A stretch of 46,058 bases of DNA, the filler included, from Catajapyx aquilonaris (taxonomy: Eukaryota): NCBI GenBank assembly GCA_000934665.2. It is 2 parts of 2 records of this genome, joined end to end, with 100 filler letters (N's around TTAATTAATTAA, not from the genome) between each part and the next. Parts side by side here need not be neighbours in the genome. Positions count along the whole stretch, not along the records: positions 1 to 22,995 come from JYFJ02005774.1; positions 23,096 to 46,058 come from JYFJ02005775.1. One strand, written 5' to 3'. Of the stretch, positions 12,601-23,699 are shown piece after piece. The translations under genes and the position numbers were made by a program. The number at the start of each line of letters is the position of its first letter. Position 1 is the first letter of the stretch. The notes under the pieces are model-generated. The model ran no database searches. It saw only the letters and a list, made by a program, of their open reading frames with translations, and was not told the DNA's origin.

Positions 12601-15600
12601 AAGGTTAACTTTTGATACATGTTCAGCAATAGAATCTAACTAATGTTCAGCTAGTTGCCTCATCCTCATAGTGCCTCATAATGTCTCATTCACTCCAAGG
12701 AAAGAAGCTTGCTTCTATAAACAACACAATCATCTAAGGAAAACCAAAATTGGGTACATAATTGTACTCCTGATGGCTGCAAAATGTCAAGAAACTCATT
12801 TTACACAGAGTTTGTGAACATCAAACATTTGAAATCCAACTACTTCGACCCCTTTTAAGCCATAAAGACACCATTCTGCAAAAATAACATTTATGATTAT
12901 TCATGAAATGAATGATTACTTACTACTGACACAATACTTTCAAGGATGCTTAACTTGCACCTCTTATGAAAAAGTGTCTGAAATTATTGAAACAATGGTA
13001 CATTCTTGGCATCAATAAAAGCCCACAAAATGTACAGTAGCCTGCAGGCAGGGGTGTCGTGGAGGGGTCATGCCAGGTGTACAGTGGTGGAAATTAATGG
13101 AGAAGAACAAGCATTGCCTCCTGGCAGAGATTTTCCTCTACATGAACCAGCTTCATGTAGATGAAAATCTCCACCAAGAGGTGATACTTGTGCTTCTCCA
13201 TTAATTTCCATTACTGTACAGCATGTACCCTACCAACATTTTCCTACGACACCCCAGCTGTAGGGGGAATACAAAAAGCCTACGGATCAGCAAGAGGTGG
13301 AAGAAACTGTTCATGGAGAAAAGTGTCAGCCTCCATCCAGGGGTTGCAATACAGGGTGTTTCAACTTTTTTGTCTGAACAGTTATCGGAAAATTGCATGT
13401 AGCTGCTACTTTATAAGCAGCTACTTGCAACCGGTGACTTGTCGGAGGAATGGGGAATGGGGAAAAAGAGGGTCACACATCCCATGGCATGTGTGACCCT
13501 CTTTTTTCCAGGCTTGCCCCTCAATTTTCAGCCGGCAGCACGTATGCCACTTCAACCTACGATTTGCAGGCAATATTCCCAGTTCCTCCGAAAAATCCCC
13601 GTTTGCAAGTCACTGCTTACAAAGTAGCAGCTACGTGCAATTTTCCGATAATAGTTAGGACAAAAAAGTTGAAACACACTGTACATTGTAAACCAGCAGA
13701 AAAGGGTTTCTCAACCCAACTTGTTATATAGGGCAGAGTAATGTTGAGAGTTGGAATTTTATTCTGTTTTAAATCAGATTTTAATTGTAATGCTAAAGTG
13801 TTGCTGCACAGCATGGTCTTAGAATACTAAGGTCTGGACACTCCCTCTTATCGCCTGCCAGGGCATTTTGCATGAGGTGCTCACCTGAGAGCCCATGAGA
13901 CAGCTTTTCATTGTGCTATGATGTGGCGACCCTACCGGACTACGCTGTACTAAGGTAGAAGAGAAGCCGCTACATGCGGGCCCAACATGGCCGCCAGCGA
14001 CCATGTTGGGTCCCTCAATGTAGCCCTTCCCTTTTGTACCTATAAAGTTCAGCCTAGTCCGGTAGGGTCGCCACATAATAGCACAATGAAAAGCTGTCTC
14101 ATGGCACTCTCAGGTGAGCACCTCATGCAAAACGCCCCAGCAGGCGATAAGATAAGATTGTAGGGGAAGTGTCCGGGGGCTGCTGCACAGTAAACTCCAC
14201 TCCGTGGACAGTTGGTAGAATTGCACCCACCCCTCTCTCCACTTAATGTAAGCCCTGCTTCCATCACACATCCCTGTTGTCAGTGGACAGTTGGGTAAGA
14301 AATGGTCAGGTAGGAGGTGAATAATTTATACTGGCACTATTGTAGCTTCTAAGTAACAGAAGGCATTGGTTAGATGATACTTCACCAAAGCCTTATCGTT
14401 CAAAATACTCTCTACAATATGGTTGCACATGGTAAACTGATCTGCTTACACTGACTGACCCTTGCATAATATGAGGTTTAACAAAAATGTAACACTGCTT
14501 ACAGAAATTCTGATTAGCTGCTTTCTAATAATGAGAAAATATTATGTTTCTTGAAGTGTTGAAAGTACTGCGGCCTTTTATACCCAATGCTGTCCTTTGA
14601 ATGAAAGCAGTGTCTCCTTCCTCTCAACCCTGTACCATAAAAATGAAAGGCTCGGGGCACACATTTCCAGAAGATAATTCTTGGCCATTCAATGTGGTCA
14701 TTGCTGAGGCTCATGGATGTTTGTAACAGTAAACATATTAGAAAAAAACCACACTTATACACATAGGTGGGGGAAATACCATTGTGTGGTGCCATATTTT
14801 GTTATTTCAGATGCAAAGAGCAGCAGTTACTTTCAACTACTAAAAGTATGCTAATATTTTATTATTGGAAAGCAGCTAAAAAAGCAGAGTTTTATAAGTA
14901 GTGTTCCAAAATTTGTGGAACTAGACTGTATATTTTAAGTAGTTTTTAAAAAATTCAAAATAGAAAAGAATATTAGCAATCACTTCCTATTCAAATGCTA
15001 AATGCATCATGCTACTTCACAAAGTTAACAAAAACAATAGAACATTTTAAGCCTGTGTCATTACTCTCGAGGTTAATAATAATAATAATAATAATAATGT
15101 TTATTACCCAACCCTGAGGCCTAGGCCATATGGGCACAATATACAGTCTAGTTGAATATCACAGAATATAATACTCTCGAGATTATGTGTGGCATACTGT
15201 ACCTGCATCATGTCATCAATTTCCTTTATGACTTCCTCGGCTGTTTTAACTGGTTCTTGGTCTTGATGTAGTCCAGAAAGAATCAGGGAGTGCATATCCA
15301 GATCACTGGCCACAGCTTCATCTTCATCTGTGAGGTCAAGGTCATCTTCAGGTGATGGCTGATCCTGGAAGGTCACAAAGCTCAAGCAATTCTCTTCCAA
15401 ACGTATCAAAAATCATTAGTCCTATGTTCCCTTAGGGCAGTGCTTCCCAATCTTTTCCATTGGCGATCTCAGAACATCGACTCATAAAATTCGTGACACC
15501 TCATTTCCAATTCAACCCCCACCCACCCTCCGCGATATTAGCCTTTACTAATGAAAATAATATTGATAACTATTGTCGAGTATCTGAATTGTTCTGTAAC

Positions 15601-18600
15601 TTACCTTATGGGCATAATTTCAAGATAGATTTAATCATTTTGTGAAAGAAATTTGTTATCCTCCCTCGCAACCCACAGTTTGGGAAGCACTGCCTTAGGG
15701 ATTACACCATCGTGATTAATCCTAGAATATGATGGATTAGTTGCTTAAATGTTTCTTCATTCAAAAATAATAATGTAACTACAACCCAACATCAGGTTGT
15801 TTGTTAAACTAAATTGTATCAAAGCAACAATTGAAGACATAACTTGCACAAAGGGCCCAACTCCCAAAAGGATGCCCCCAGTTGGATTTGGCTGAAACTT
15901 GGTCAGTTAATAGACCTTGTCCTCAGGGTCAATTGTTCTGAAGGCTGAAGAAAATCTACCGTGCCGTTTGGCCGCTAGAGGCGCTGAAAGTCGGAATTTC
16001 AAAGTTGTCCGAACTTGGTGAAAATGACGCACACTGTCGAGTTCGATGAGCTGAGTCGAATGCGCCATGGGATCATTTTCTCTTACAAACCATTTGACCA
16101 TGATACTGATAAATTAGACTTCAACATCGGGCCTTTTACTGGGACTATAAGGGTGGATTGCAAAAACGAAGTTTAAACAGCGCCTCAATTAGATCGCGGT
16201 TTAAGGGCCAGTTTCACCGAGCTCAGTATCAGTCAGAAAGAAACCTGGTTTTATCATATACCGAGCTCGGTGAAACTGGTTCTAAACCAGGGTTCCGTTT
16301 GTAAAGACGTGGATTAGCCTCGAGACGGGGTTTAAACCGCAGTCTAACTCAGACCACCTTCGAGGGTGGTTTAAACTGGGTTCAGACGGCAAAATGAAAT
16401 CGGATGGGCTCAATTACTACCGTGATCTTCGACTTCTGCAGTAATTGAAGAGTCGACCAGCTCGCTGTAGCGTCGTGCACCTCCGGATTTTGCATAGACC
16501 CTATGTACTATACTGTATGTATTCATCTACTTCCAGAGGACCCAATAAGGACCATTATCTTGCATGTAGCCTGCGATACACTTTTATGTCGAGGCTATTA
16601 TAGTTTATAGACCTACTTATATTGTCACCTATACATATATAAAACTAACTATAACTACCAAATGGTTTGTCAGAGAAATTTGTCCCGTAGCGCATTCGAC
16701 TCAGACCTCTCTCACCAAACTACCAACTCACCAAACTCTACAGTATGCGTCATTTTCACCTAGATCGGACAACTTTGAATTTCCGACTTTCAGTGGCTGT
16801 AGCAGCCAAATGGCATAGATTTTCTTCGGCCTTCAGAACAATTGACCCTGAGGACAAGGTCTATTAACTGACCAAGTTTTAGCCAAATCCAACTGGGGGC
16901 ACTTTTCCCCCAGTCCTTTTGAAAAACCATTTTATTGCGGATTCCTACTCTTGGAGTCGGGCCTCACAGCCCTGGTGAAGATCAAGGGCCAACGTCAATC
17001 AGAAGTGCCTTAAAATTGAATGTGATGCTTTGCAGTACATTGCCAGTTGGGCCCTTTGGCAACTGACTGGGCGTAAATCAGATTGTGATTATGAATTATG
17101 AAATAATTAACATAGGATGGAAATAAAACTGGTCACACCTTTCTTTGTAGTATTACTTTATGAATATGATGTGTTCAGATGGACAGGCATGACTATACCA
17201 CTGTAATTTGCAACAGAAAATGTTGGTGCGGGCATTCACTTGCCAAAGGGCCCAACTCAACTGATTTTGACTTTCAATAGACTCTGACCTATTGCTTTCC
17301 AGTAGATGATGTCTATGCCACTAGGTGTGTATAATGGTGCCCTATGAACATCATAAATCGGGAAACTCTAAATGGAGCAATTACGCATATAAGAAGTTTT
17401 TAGTCTCTCCTGAAAAATTTCACCTCGTGGAGTTGGGCCCTTTGGCAAGTGAGGTCTTCAATTGAATCACCAGCTACCATCATTATGTACATGTTCTTGT
17501 TACATTATTCCACACAATTTTTTGAATTAATATCTGGTGTACTGTACACCTTCTGTGTCTTACCCGATATATCTTTTCTAGTCACTCGATCCTCATCTAG
17601 GATACATCATACATGATATAAGTGTCAATTTAAATTAATTGAAAAGCTTAATTGTATATTTTAAAAATTAGAAGTGAATATTTGTAAATCATATCTTCAT
17701 TAATTTAAAGTAACATTATATTAAAAATTTAAATACCTGTTTCTCATTCAAATTCAGAGCAGGCATGTGAAGTTTTCGTGCATAGGATTTTGACCAGTCG
17801 ATGGGAAGAATGTTGCCAAAGTTTCCTGTGATCGTCCACCACATTCTGAAAGAGGGAAACACTGCAGTTGTGCTCAACAGATCAAAATGGTTGCAAAATA
17901 CTGATTCATCCAATGACCTTTTGAGTATTATAGTGTTTCATGAATCCCCCTTGCCCCCAAGCGAAAAACATGTTAACACACATCTTTGGCTACTGTTGCA
18001 CACAATCACCATGTCACTTAAGATACTTGTGCCATTTCATGTGCCTCTTGCACTCTGTCCACACTTTCTGATCGTGAAAAATTCCTTCAGGTTGCAAAAT
18101 AAGTGAAAATCACTAAGTGCCAGGTTGGAGATGTATAGAGAATGCCTAATATCCAACTTGAACCTTTTTATGAGTATCCATAACAAGGCACAACTGCTTA
18201 CTGTAATCCACTCAGTGCATCATTCATGCATTAAAGTGGGAACACTTTCACCAACTCCCATGCACTTGCGACCTTGCACCTAAGAAATTTTACACCTACT
18301 ATCACCACTTCAAGATTTGTAGCAGGTGAGATTCTAGTGAAGACTGGCAGGCAAAAAAAATTGGCTCGGTGATTATTGTTTTTGATTTTGGTACACAAAA
18401 AGCTGTCCCAGAAAAGTGCCTTAATCATCATGGTGATCGTACAAAGCAATAGCTAAAGGTACATGGACAAAGTTGCATTTGAGGGGAGTGCTTGAAATAC
18501 TTTATGCCAGAAAGTATTATGTCTGCCTAAGCAACACTCGAAACACAACTTGCTCTAGCTAGTTGGCCTGTCTGTAGAAGCAATGAATACATTTGAATCA

Positions 18601-19342
18601 TGATATTTGATGAAATGTAATGCAATATCAACTGTAAAAATTTTGAATTAAGCCTTAAGGACAAAAGTCGTTATGTTGTTAAAGGGTACATGGAAGTCCC
18701 TAATCTTCTAAACTAAACATCTAAATTTCTAAACTGACATCTCTCATAATGAAATGGATGTCCCCAGTTCATCAGGCAAACCCACGTCAAGTCCCTCCAT
18801 ATAAGTGGTGAGCACCAGATCTGACAACCATGTCTGCTTTGGTCAAGTTTTACTTTGTCAGGCACGCAAATCCTACCGAACTCGCTTTGACATGCTCCAT
18901 AGTCCTGCAGTTACTCGAGCTGCATCTCGCAACCCCAACTCCCCCCAAATAATGCAGATGGTTAGCAGCTTGCTGCACCACACCCATTCCCCACAACTCA
19001 CTGGCATTCATTCATAATCTCTTCCTGCGTCCTGACTTGCACGGGCGCCACCTTCTCCATGTTCTCATCATAGTTGCAGAAACACTTGGTGATCTTGTCA
19101 TCAAAGGTGTTGACCAGGTCCTCCAGAGAGCCTGAGAAAGTCTCGGTGAAGTTGTCCGTGAAGCTCTCCACCACCAGGCTGTTGTCGTTGGACTCGTGCA
19201 CCATGGCGGCCTGCAGCTCCTTGTTGGAGTTCTTCAGGTCCTGCGAGCTCTGGAACTCGGCTAGGTCCACCCATTCCTCCGACTCGAACTGGGCCAGTGG
19301 TGCTTCGAACTTGAGCTCTGCCATCTTGCTCACGTCGCGCAT
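447..19342 (-). CDS. Unc-76: Unc-76 / fasciculation and elongation protein zeta (FEZ) homolog, full spliced CDS span (8 exons, 1131 nt, 376 aa)
   Basis: The spliced translation MRDVSKMAELKFEAPLAQFE...SLEDLVNTFDDKITKCF...EEIMNECQMWWTITGNFGNILPIDWSKSY...DLDMHSLIL...EVIKEIDD...LNELYMELEVLIKEYSETLISELALRDELEYEKELKNTFISLLLSVQNKRRQ...LTTVIPYHL...ILKAINEDSPTVPTLLTDYILKVLCPT* matches the insect Unc-76/FEZ family. All 7 introns are GT-AG and exon phases are consistent. Confidence 0.96.
523..588 (-). CDS. Unc-76: Unc-76 coding exon 7 (ILKAINEDSPTVPTLLTDYILK)
   Basis: Acceptor TTTCAG|TT, donor G|GTAGGT, 66 nt. Confidence 0.95.
742..817 (-). CDS. Unc-76: Unc-76 coding exon 6 (HLTTVIPYHLGAGPPDNPTLQVLIK)
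   Basis: Acceptor TTTGCAG|CAC, donor A|GTAAGT, 76 nt. Confidence 0.95.
3304..3995. mobile_element. Tc1/mariner-derived foldback MITE with transposase C-terminal remnants
   Basis: TA-flanked TIR CAGGGTGGTTGAAAA and long imperfect inverted arms. The right arm encodes LRDRIATVAPDMIERVWRETEY..ICRAINKAHIE, a mariner-type C-terminus. Confidence 0.85.
4785..5047. mobile_element. Palindromic MITE, superfamily unassigned
   Basis: ~40-bp inverted ends CATAATTGAAGGGGTCGGTGCAATAC... / ...GTATTGCACCGACCCCTTCAATTATG. Confidence 0.7.
5229..5662. mobile_element. Tc1/mariner-type MITE
   Basis: TA|CAGGGTGTTCCAAGTT ... AACTTGGAACATCCTG|TA, with an internal imperfect palindrome. Confidence 0.8.
6301..6611 (-). 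mobile_element. tRNA-derived SINE copy 1 with (TTA)n tail
   Basis: Minus-strand head has an A-box (TGGCATAGTGG), an anticodon-like arm (CCGACTGCTAATCGG) and a B-box (GGTTCGAATCC). (AAT)n on + at ~6301-6330. Confidence 0.85.
6613..6972 (-). mobile_element. tRNA-derived SINE copy 2 with long (TTA)n tail
   Basis: Same family as 6301-6611 (shared CCGGGATTCGAACCCAGGACCTCCCGATTAGCAGTCGGA). (AAT)n at 6613-6682. A 21-bp TSD (6280-6300 / 6978-6998) flanks both copies. Confidence 0.85.
8419..8626 (-). mobile_element. 5'-truncated tRNA-derived SINE with V-SINE-like central domain
   Basis: 15-bp TSD TCGTCTGGCACTATT (8404-8418 / 8627-8641). B-box GAGTTCGATCCC. Body GTTCTCTCCGTGTTCGCGTGGGTTTTCTCGGGGTTCCTCCCAC. 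Confidence 0.8.
8821..9389. mobile_element. pogo/Tigger-type MITE
   Basis: TA|CAGTAAAACTTCTATAAGTCGAA ... TTCGACTTATAGAAGTTTTACTG|TA, with repeated subterminal TAAGTCGAA / TAACTCGAA motifs. Confidence 0.85.
10335..10582 (-). CDS. Unc-76: Unc-76 coding exon 5 (coiled coil KLQTLTVGQLNELY...GVDPK)
   Basis: Follows a 57-bp intron. Acceptor TTCCAG|AA, donor AAG|GTGAAA, 248 nt. Confidence 0.96.
10640..10751 (-). CDS. Unc-76: Unc-76 coding exon 4 (ETPSTECSPDSDGSY...LASPLYEE)
   Basis: Acceptor TTTCAG|GAA, donor A|GTGAGT, 112 nt. The SPLYEEK motif corresponds to the insect Unc-76 PLYxEK motif. Not in the ORF track. Confidence 0.9.
11241..11595. mobile_element. PIF/Harbinger-type MITE
   Basis: TTA|AGCCTCTTTCACAC ... 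GTGTGAAAGAGGCC|TTA, 3-bp TTA TSD. Confidence 0.75.
11744..11869. mobile_element. PIF/Harbinger-type short hairpin MITE
   Basis: TCA|AGGCCCATACACACAGG...CCTGTGTGTAAGGGCCT|TCA, a near-perfect 126-bp palindrome. Confidence 0.85.
13049..13256. mobile_element. Palindromic MITE (hAT-like ends)
   Basis: CAGGGGTGTCGT ... ACGACACCCC. Internal arms GGAAATTAATGGAGAAG / CTTCTCCATTAATTTCC and ATTTTCCTCTACATGAA / TTCATGTAGATGAAAAT. Confidence 0.65.
13352..13681. mobile_element. Tc1/mariner-type foldback MITE
   Basis: TA|CAGGGTGTTTCAACTTTTTTGTC ... GACAAAAAAGTTGAAACACACTG|TA, with long inverted arms. Confidence 0.85.
13828..14178. mobile_element. Palindromic non-autonomous DNA element, superfamily unassigned
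   Basis: Long inverted arms, e.g. TTTTGCATGAGGTGCTCACCTGAGAG / CTCTCAGGTGAGCACCTCATGCAAAA and ATGTGGCGACCCTACCGGACTA / TAGTCCGGTAGGGTCGCCACAT. Confidence 0.75.
15072..15171 (-). mobile_element. Very short 5'-truncated retroposon 3' end with (TTA)n tail
   Basis: 10-bp TSD TACTCTCGAG (15062-15071 / 15172-15181). Minus strand ends AATAAACATTATTATT... Confidence 0.7.
15203..15364 (-). CDS. Unc-76: Unc-76 coding exon 3 (DQPSPEDD...EVIKEIDDMMQ)
   Basis: Acceptor TTCCAG|GAT, donor CAG|GTACAG, 162 nt, phase 0-0. Confidence 0.94.
15438..15692. mobile_element. hAT (Charlie-like) MITE
   Basis: 8-bp TSD CCTTAGGG on both sides, TIR CAGTGCTTCCCAA. Confidence 0.92.
15828..17464. mobile_element. Composite of three nested inverted-repeat elements
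   Basis: Outer ends CAATTGAAGAC..ACTTGC.CAAAGGGCCCAACTCC and its inverse at ~17430-17464. Inner long inverted arms 15873-16901. Innermost Harbinger-like GGGCCAGTTTCACCGAGCTC palindrome 16205-16282. Confidence 0.75.
17737..17845 (-). CDS. Unc-76: Unc-76 coding exon 2 (MWWTITGNFGNILPIDWSKSYARKLHMPALNLNEKQ)
   Basis: Acceptor TTTCAG|A, donor CAG|GTATTT, 109 nt, conserved FEZ motif. Confidence 0.95.
19002..19342 (-). CDS. Unc-76: Unc-76 coding exon 1 (MRDVSKMAELKFEAP...EEIMNECQ)
   Basis: ATG at 19342 (alternative ATG at 19324). Donor CA|GTGAGT at 19001. Phase 2. Confidence 0.92.
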
Positions 19343-22300
19343 GTTGCAAGGCGGCGGCGGCGGCAGCGACGGCGACGGCGGCAGTGGCCGTCTACTGGCG
19401 CCGCCTCCTCCTCCTCTTCTCTGGTGGCGCCTGGCTGCACGACTGCTACGCCCGAATCGATCTGTCGACGGAAAAGTGCGTGCGTCCTTCATGCACCCCC
19501 ACCCCGCCTGCTCTGATCCCTCAGGCATCCCACACGGCCAGGGAAAATATTACAGTATTTAGCGGGTTTGGGCTGTGGACCGCTTCGCCCACCATGGTCG
19601 ATACCGGGTACCGTAATCATGGTGGGTCGACAATGCTGCTGGGAACAACTTGTGCTCTCAATTTTTGTAGACGGCGCGGCGCGGAGATGGCATCCCTGCT
19701 GGTCACGTGATCTACACCAGCCTGCCAGTGGCTGATTGTGGCCACGTGACCAGCAGGGTTGACGCAGTAGCCATTTAAAATTGGGACATAATTTTCAAAT
19801 CCATATTTCTCTGTAATGTCGGCAAAATTTAAGATACGATCGTACGTCACCCGAGCGACCAAACCGATAGTCGAGCGTCTATTATCAGGCAATCAAATTC
19901 ACAGGATCTTGGCTCAGCGTCCTCTAATCGGATTATTGTCAGCAAAATTGATATCATTACTGCAAAACGTCTGGGGCTGAACATCGTGCGTAATGTGGCG
20001 AATATGGTTACGGGATTTGAATTTCAAAGCGACCAACTCTCGCCTGGTTTGAATAGTCGTCGGCAAAAACTTGGCGGAATGATAATTATCATTCCGCCAA
20101 GTAATAATTACTCCAGTGACAATGCTTGCTCCTAAGGCTGTATTCATAATTTAACAATTCGGACGGATACCGAATGGAAATGTCAGCAATACTTTTGTAC
20201 TAAAGGAAACGACGCGTTGTGCTTTCTGAGTGATTTACATAAAAGTGAGAGATTTTGCGTACTTAATGCATCCACAAATATTACGGGCTGAAGCGGCATT
20301 TTCATCGTCAAAGTGGAAATCAATGTTGCCTTCTGAACATCGCCCTAAAAGGATATCGACGCAAGAACTTTCCTTTTAAAGTACCATCAAACGCCTTTAC
20401 AGCCTTTACACGTTCAGTTTTGTTCCTCAACTTTTTTTCCTCCGCCATCAACCCGCAGCTTCGAGCAAATTCGATAGTCCATAGCACAAATGTCGTATCT
20501 AATTTGCCACGAAAAAATCTGGCACATAAACTTTCAACTAGAACTTGGCTTTAAAATACCTGTAGGTCCGCTGCAGGAGTCAGGAACATTAGTTTGGCTG
20601 CCACACTGCTGAATAATGTACACAGAAAATCAAACTTTATGGAAGTTTGGTGCAGCCTCCATTGCTCCGGAATATCGATTCGCTTCATGAATATTTACAA
20701 AGTTGACTCACCATTAGAGCGAAATGATAACGTAACCCAACCAGATAAATGATATTCGGTCCATATTGTCCTACCTTTAAATACGCTGAAGTCAAAGATC
20801 AAGATGTCGCCGTGCAAAAAAACAAAGTTGAATTTTCGACTTTGAACGCGCTGGTGTGATTACCTGGCACCGCCAATCATGTCCTGCTACAGGCAGGCCG
20901 CTATTTAACGATAGAAAAAACAATCGTCTAAGGTTGTTAATCTTCACCCTCACTATAGTCACAACTCAGTCATCTTGAGCAGCTGAAACCTACGGCCAGG
21001 CCATCACGTGTTGTCACACTGTCAACACCCCCATACACTCGAACAGAGTGACGTACTGTACTTTATGACCCCTTGTCATATACAATCCTATCGAGCGAAT
21101 TTTACTACCTTAGCATGTAATTTTTCACCTATATCCGCCTCTATTTCTGATTCGATAATAACCCTAATATGTCAACGTCATGCATCAACTTGGCATTTCG
21201 CATGTCCATACAAAACTCGCCCTCCGCGCTTTACACAGGCAATGCATTGTTGCTTTCAAACGTGTTTCAAACACACCACACAATACTAGTCACATTCATT
21301 TTAAAAATAGCCTAACAATGCGGAATTGTTGTTGTTGTTGTTTCGACAGGAAGGAACCGCAAATCCAGCTTTGCTTATCAGGCTCCCCCATTCGTCTTCG
21401 GATAGACCCGAATGGGGGTGCCAAAATTGGAAAACGCCTGCAAAATGTCAGGTTTGTGCCGGTTGCTTCAGCCACTGTAAATGGCGCAAAAAGGGCCTTT
21501 TAACACGGATCGCTAGCTTGGACTCCCCCAACAAAATGCCAAGTGCTGTTTTTGTCACGAAATGTCAGGACGGGGGAGGAGCCCGACGTGGGAGGTTTGG
21601 ATTCCGATGGGCCCCCGCATGGCCGCGCTTTTCATTCCTATTGTTGCTTTCCGCTTACTGTCGGCATTGCCTTCACGCTTCATCAGTTTTTTCCCACAGG
21701 CACGCAGATATCCATACTATGGAGGTTTTGCCGCCTTTTTGAGCCTATCCATGCGGAAGGTCTGCTCGAGCGATGTTGCAAGTACAGGGTGATGCACTGC
21801 CCATGTAGAAAAGGACCAAAAAAAAAGGGCCTCAATTCTGGCGGATGACCGTAACAAATGGCCAAGGTCAGTCAAATCTCCATACGAGACTAGCTCATAG
21901 TCCATCAGGGTCGCAATGATAAGCACCAGCTGCGCGCGGTCCAAAGATCCGGAAAAGTGTCGAGTGAGTCACGCGGTTTCTGCTGCAATAATCATGCTGT
22001 CACTCTGCTACAGGGTGCGCCAAAAGTCGCCTACAAATCCGGATTCACCCTACCTCCCATGAGTCAATAACGACTCCATCGACCTGATGCAATTAAACTG
22101 CAGAGCCAACAGAGTTTGTTGGCCACCTGCACGAAGAAGCATTTTTTTTCTTCTTTTTTTGTAACTCTCAACCCACGAAAATCTACGATGATATCACGAC
22201 CACTAGACGGCTCCAGACTAGTTGGCGACCTGGACTTGGAAATGGACGATCGAAATGCTGAGCTGGTGGATATTCCCCGACACGGAAGCAATATTGTTTT

Positions 22301-22995
22301 GCAGGGTCGCTACTGCATGGTTACGCCATGGCAACCCTATTGATACATGGGTCGAGTAAGGGGGAATATCAAATGGCTGTATGAGTCCATCGAGTTGGCT
22401 GGAATACTGCAACGATACTGTACCAGGTGTATTTCAAAACATATGTCAACGGGGGGTATTTCGGGTTCAATTTGCGTCTGACAACTTCACTTCAAAATAC
22501 CAGATGGGCATAGCCAAAGGGTTGCCCCCTCCTTCTAAATCATGGAAAACCACAAAAGCAAAATGCATAATAAAATCAGTAGATTTACTATACAGGTACG
22601 AATTTAAATTTAAATTTTCCAATATTTTTGACCGATCCCCATTAAGATCCTCCTATGAGTAGGCCTATAGGGGAATGTAATAACCCGACCTCCAGTGTTA
22701 TCCGACACCAGTGCCCTTCACTATAATGTCACTTTTGTCTGCCCAATTTTTAAATAATGCGAGTCAATTATTGCGAGTTATATCCGGGTCTCACGTTGCA
22801 ACCAGCTTTTTGCACATCAGTGATATGCACATCAGTGATATTGTCGATGCCTGTGGCTGGTATCAAAATCGAAACCCACTCGGCGGGTATGTTTCTCCCC
22901 AGGCTGAATAAAAATTGATTGTCAATGGTTTCGAATTTTATGGCCCCAAAATCTGAGCTCAAGTTATGATACAGTCCCAAGGCCGTACACCCCCC

Positions 22996-23095
22996 NNNNN
23001 NNNNNNNNNNNNNNNNNNNNNNNNNNNNNNNNNNNNNNNTTAATTAATTAANNNNNNNNNNNNNNNNNNNNNNNNNNNNNNNNNNNNNNNNNNNN
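22996..23095. other. Artificial assembly spacer (44 N + TTAATTAATTAA + 44 N)
   Basis: Exactly 100 bp and symmetric. The central 12-mer gives stop codons in all six frames. Confidence 0.95.
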
Positions 23096-23699
23096 TAGAA
23101 TATTAAGCCCCATTTTGCATGTATGTAGGACGCATAATTAGAGAAATTATCGGGTTAAATTGTAAACATCAGAATAGAAAAGTTTTTGACTTAGTCATTT
23201 CTCGTGACCTATGGCGGTTATCTGGTTAGAAAAATATGTCCCTGTGATCTTGACAAAATACGATCCTAAGTGCCAAATTGCGATTTTCTATTTAAAAAAA
23301 AGTCTGGTGAACATAGTTGTATGATCTCACATGGAATTACCCAACTAGAAATAAGTTGAACGAATAAGTAGCGGCGCTCTCAAACAGCGACCCGGACAGT
23401 GCGGCCACTTGCGGGACAGTGCGGCCAAGGGACCGCGCCCGTGACCGGTGAGCAGAGTGTTGTGGATTCCGGAACATCGCCAAATAAACATGTCCGTAAC
23501 CCGGCAGCGCCCAGGATTACCAACACATAAACACAAAAGCACATAAACAGTCGCGACATTACTTTTGCGGTCAATAGTACATGGACATGGTAGTTACTCC
23601 CTTGATGCAATGTGCTTTTCTTTGGTGTTACCTTGCCATTAGTGAGTTTGTTAATATATTCGGAGGCTGTGGGTGCGTAGCATCTACTGCATGCTTCAT

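Noticed and set aside
19074..19562. 162-aa plus-strand ORF overlapping unc-76 exon 1
   Set aside because: Antisense shadow of a GC-rich coding exon, with no recognisable domain.
21008..22662. Cluster of 75-138 aa ORFs upstream of unc-76
   Set aside because: They overlap in several frames, have no recognisable motifs, and give no convincing exon structure.
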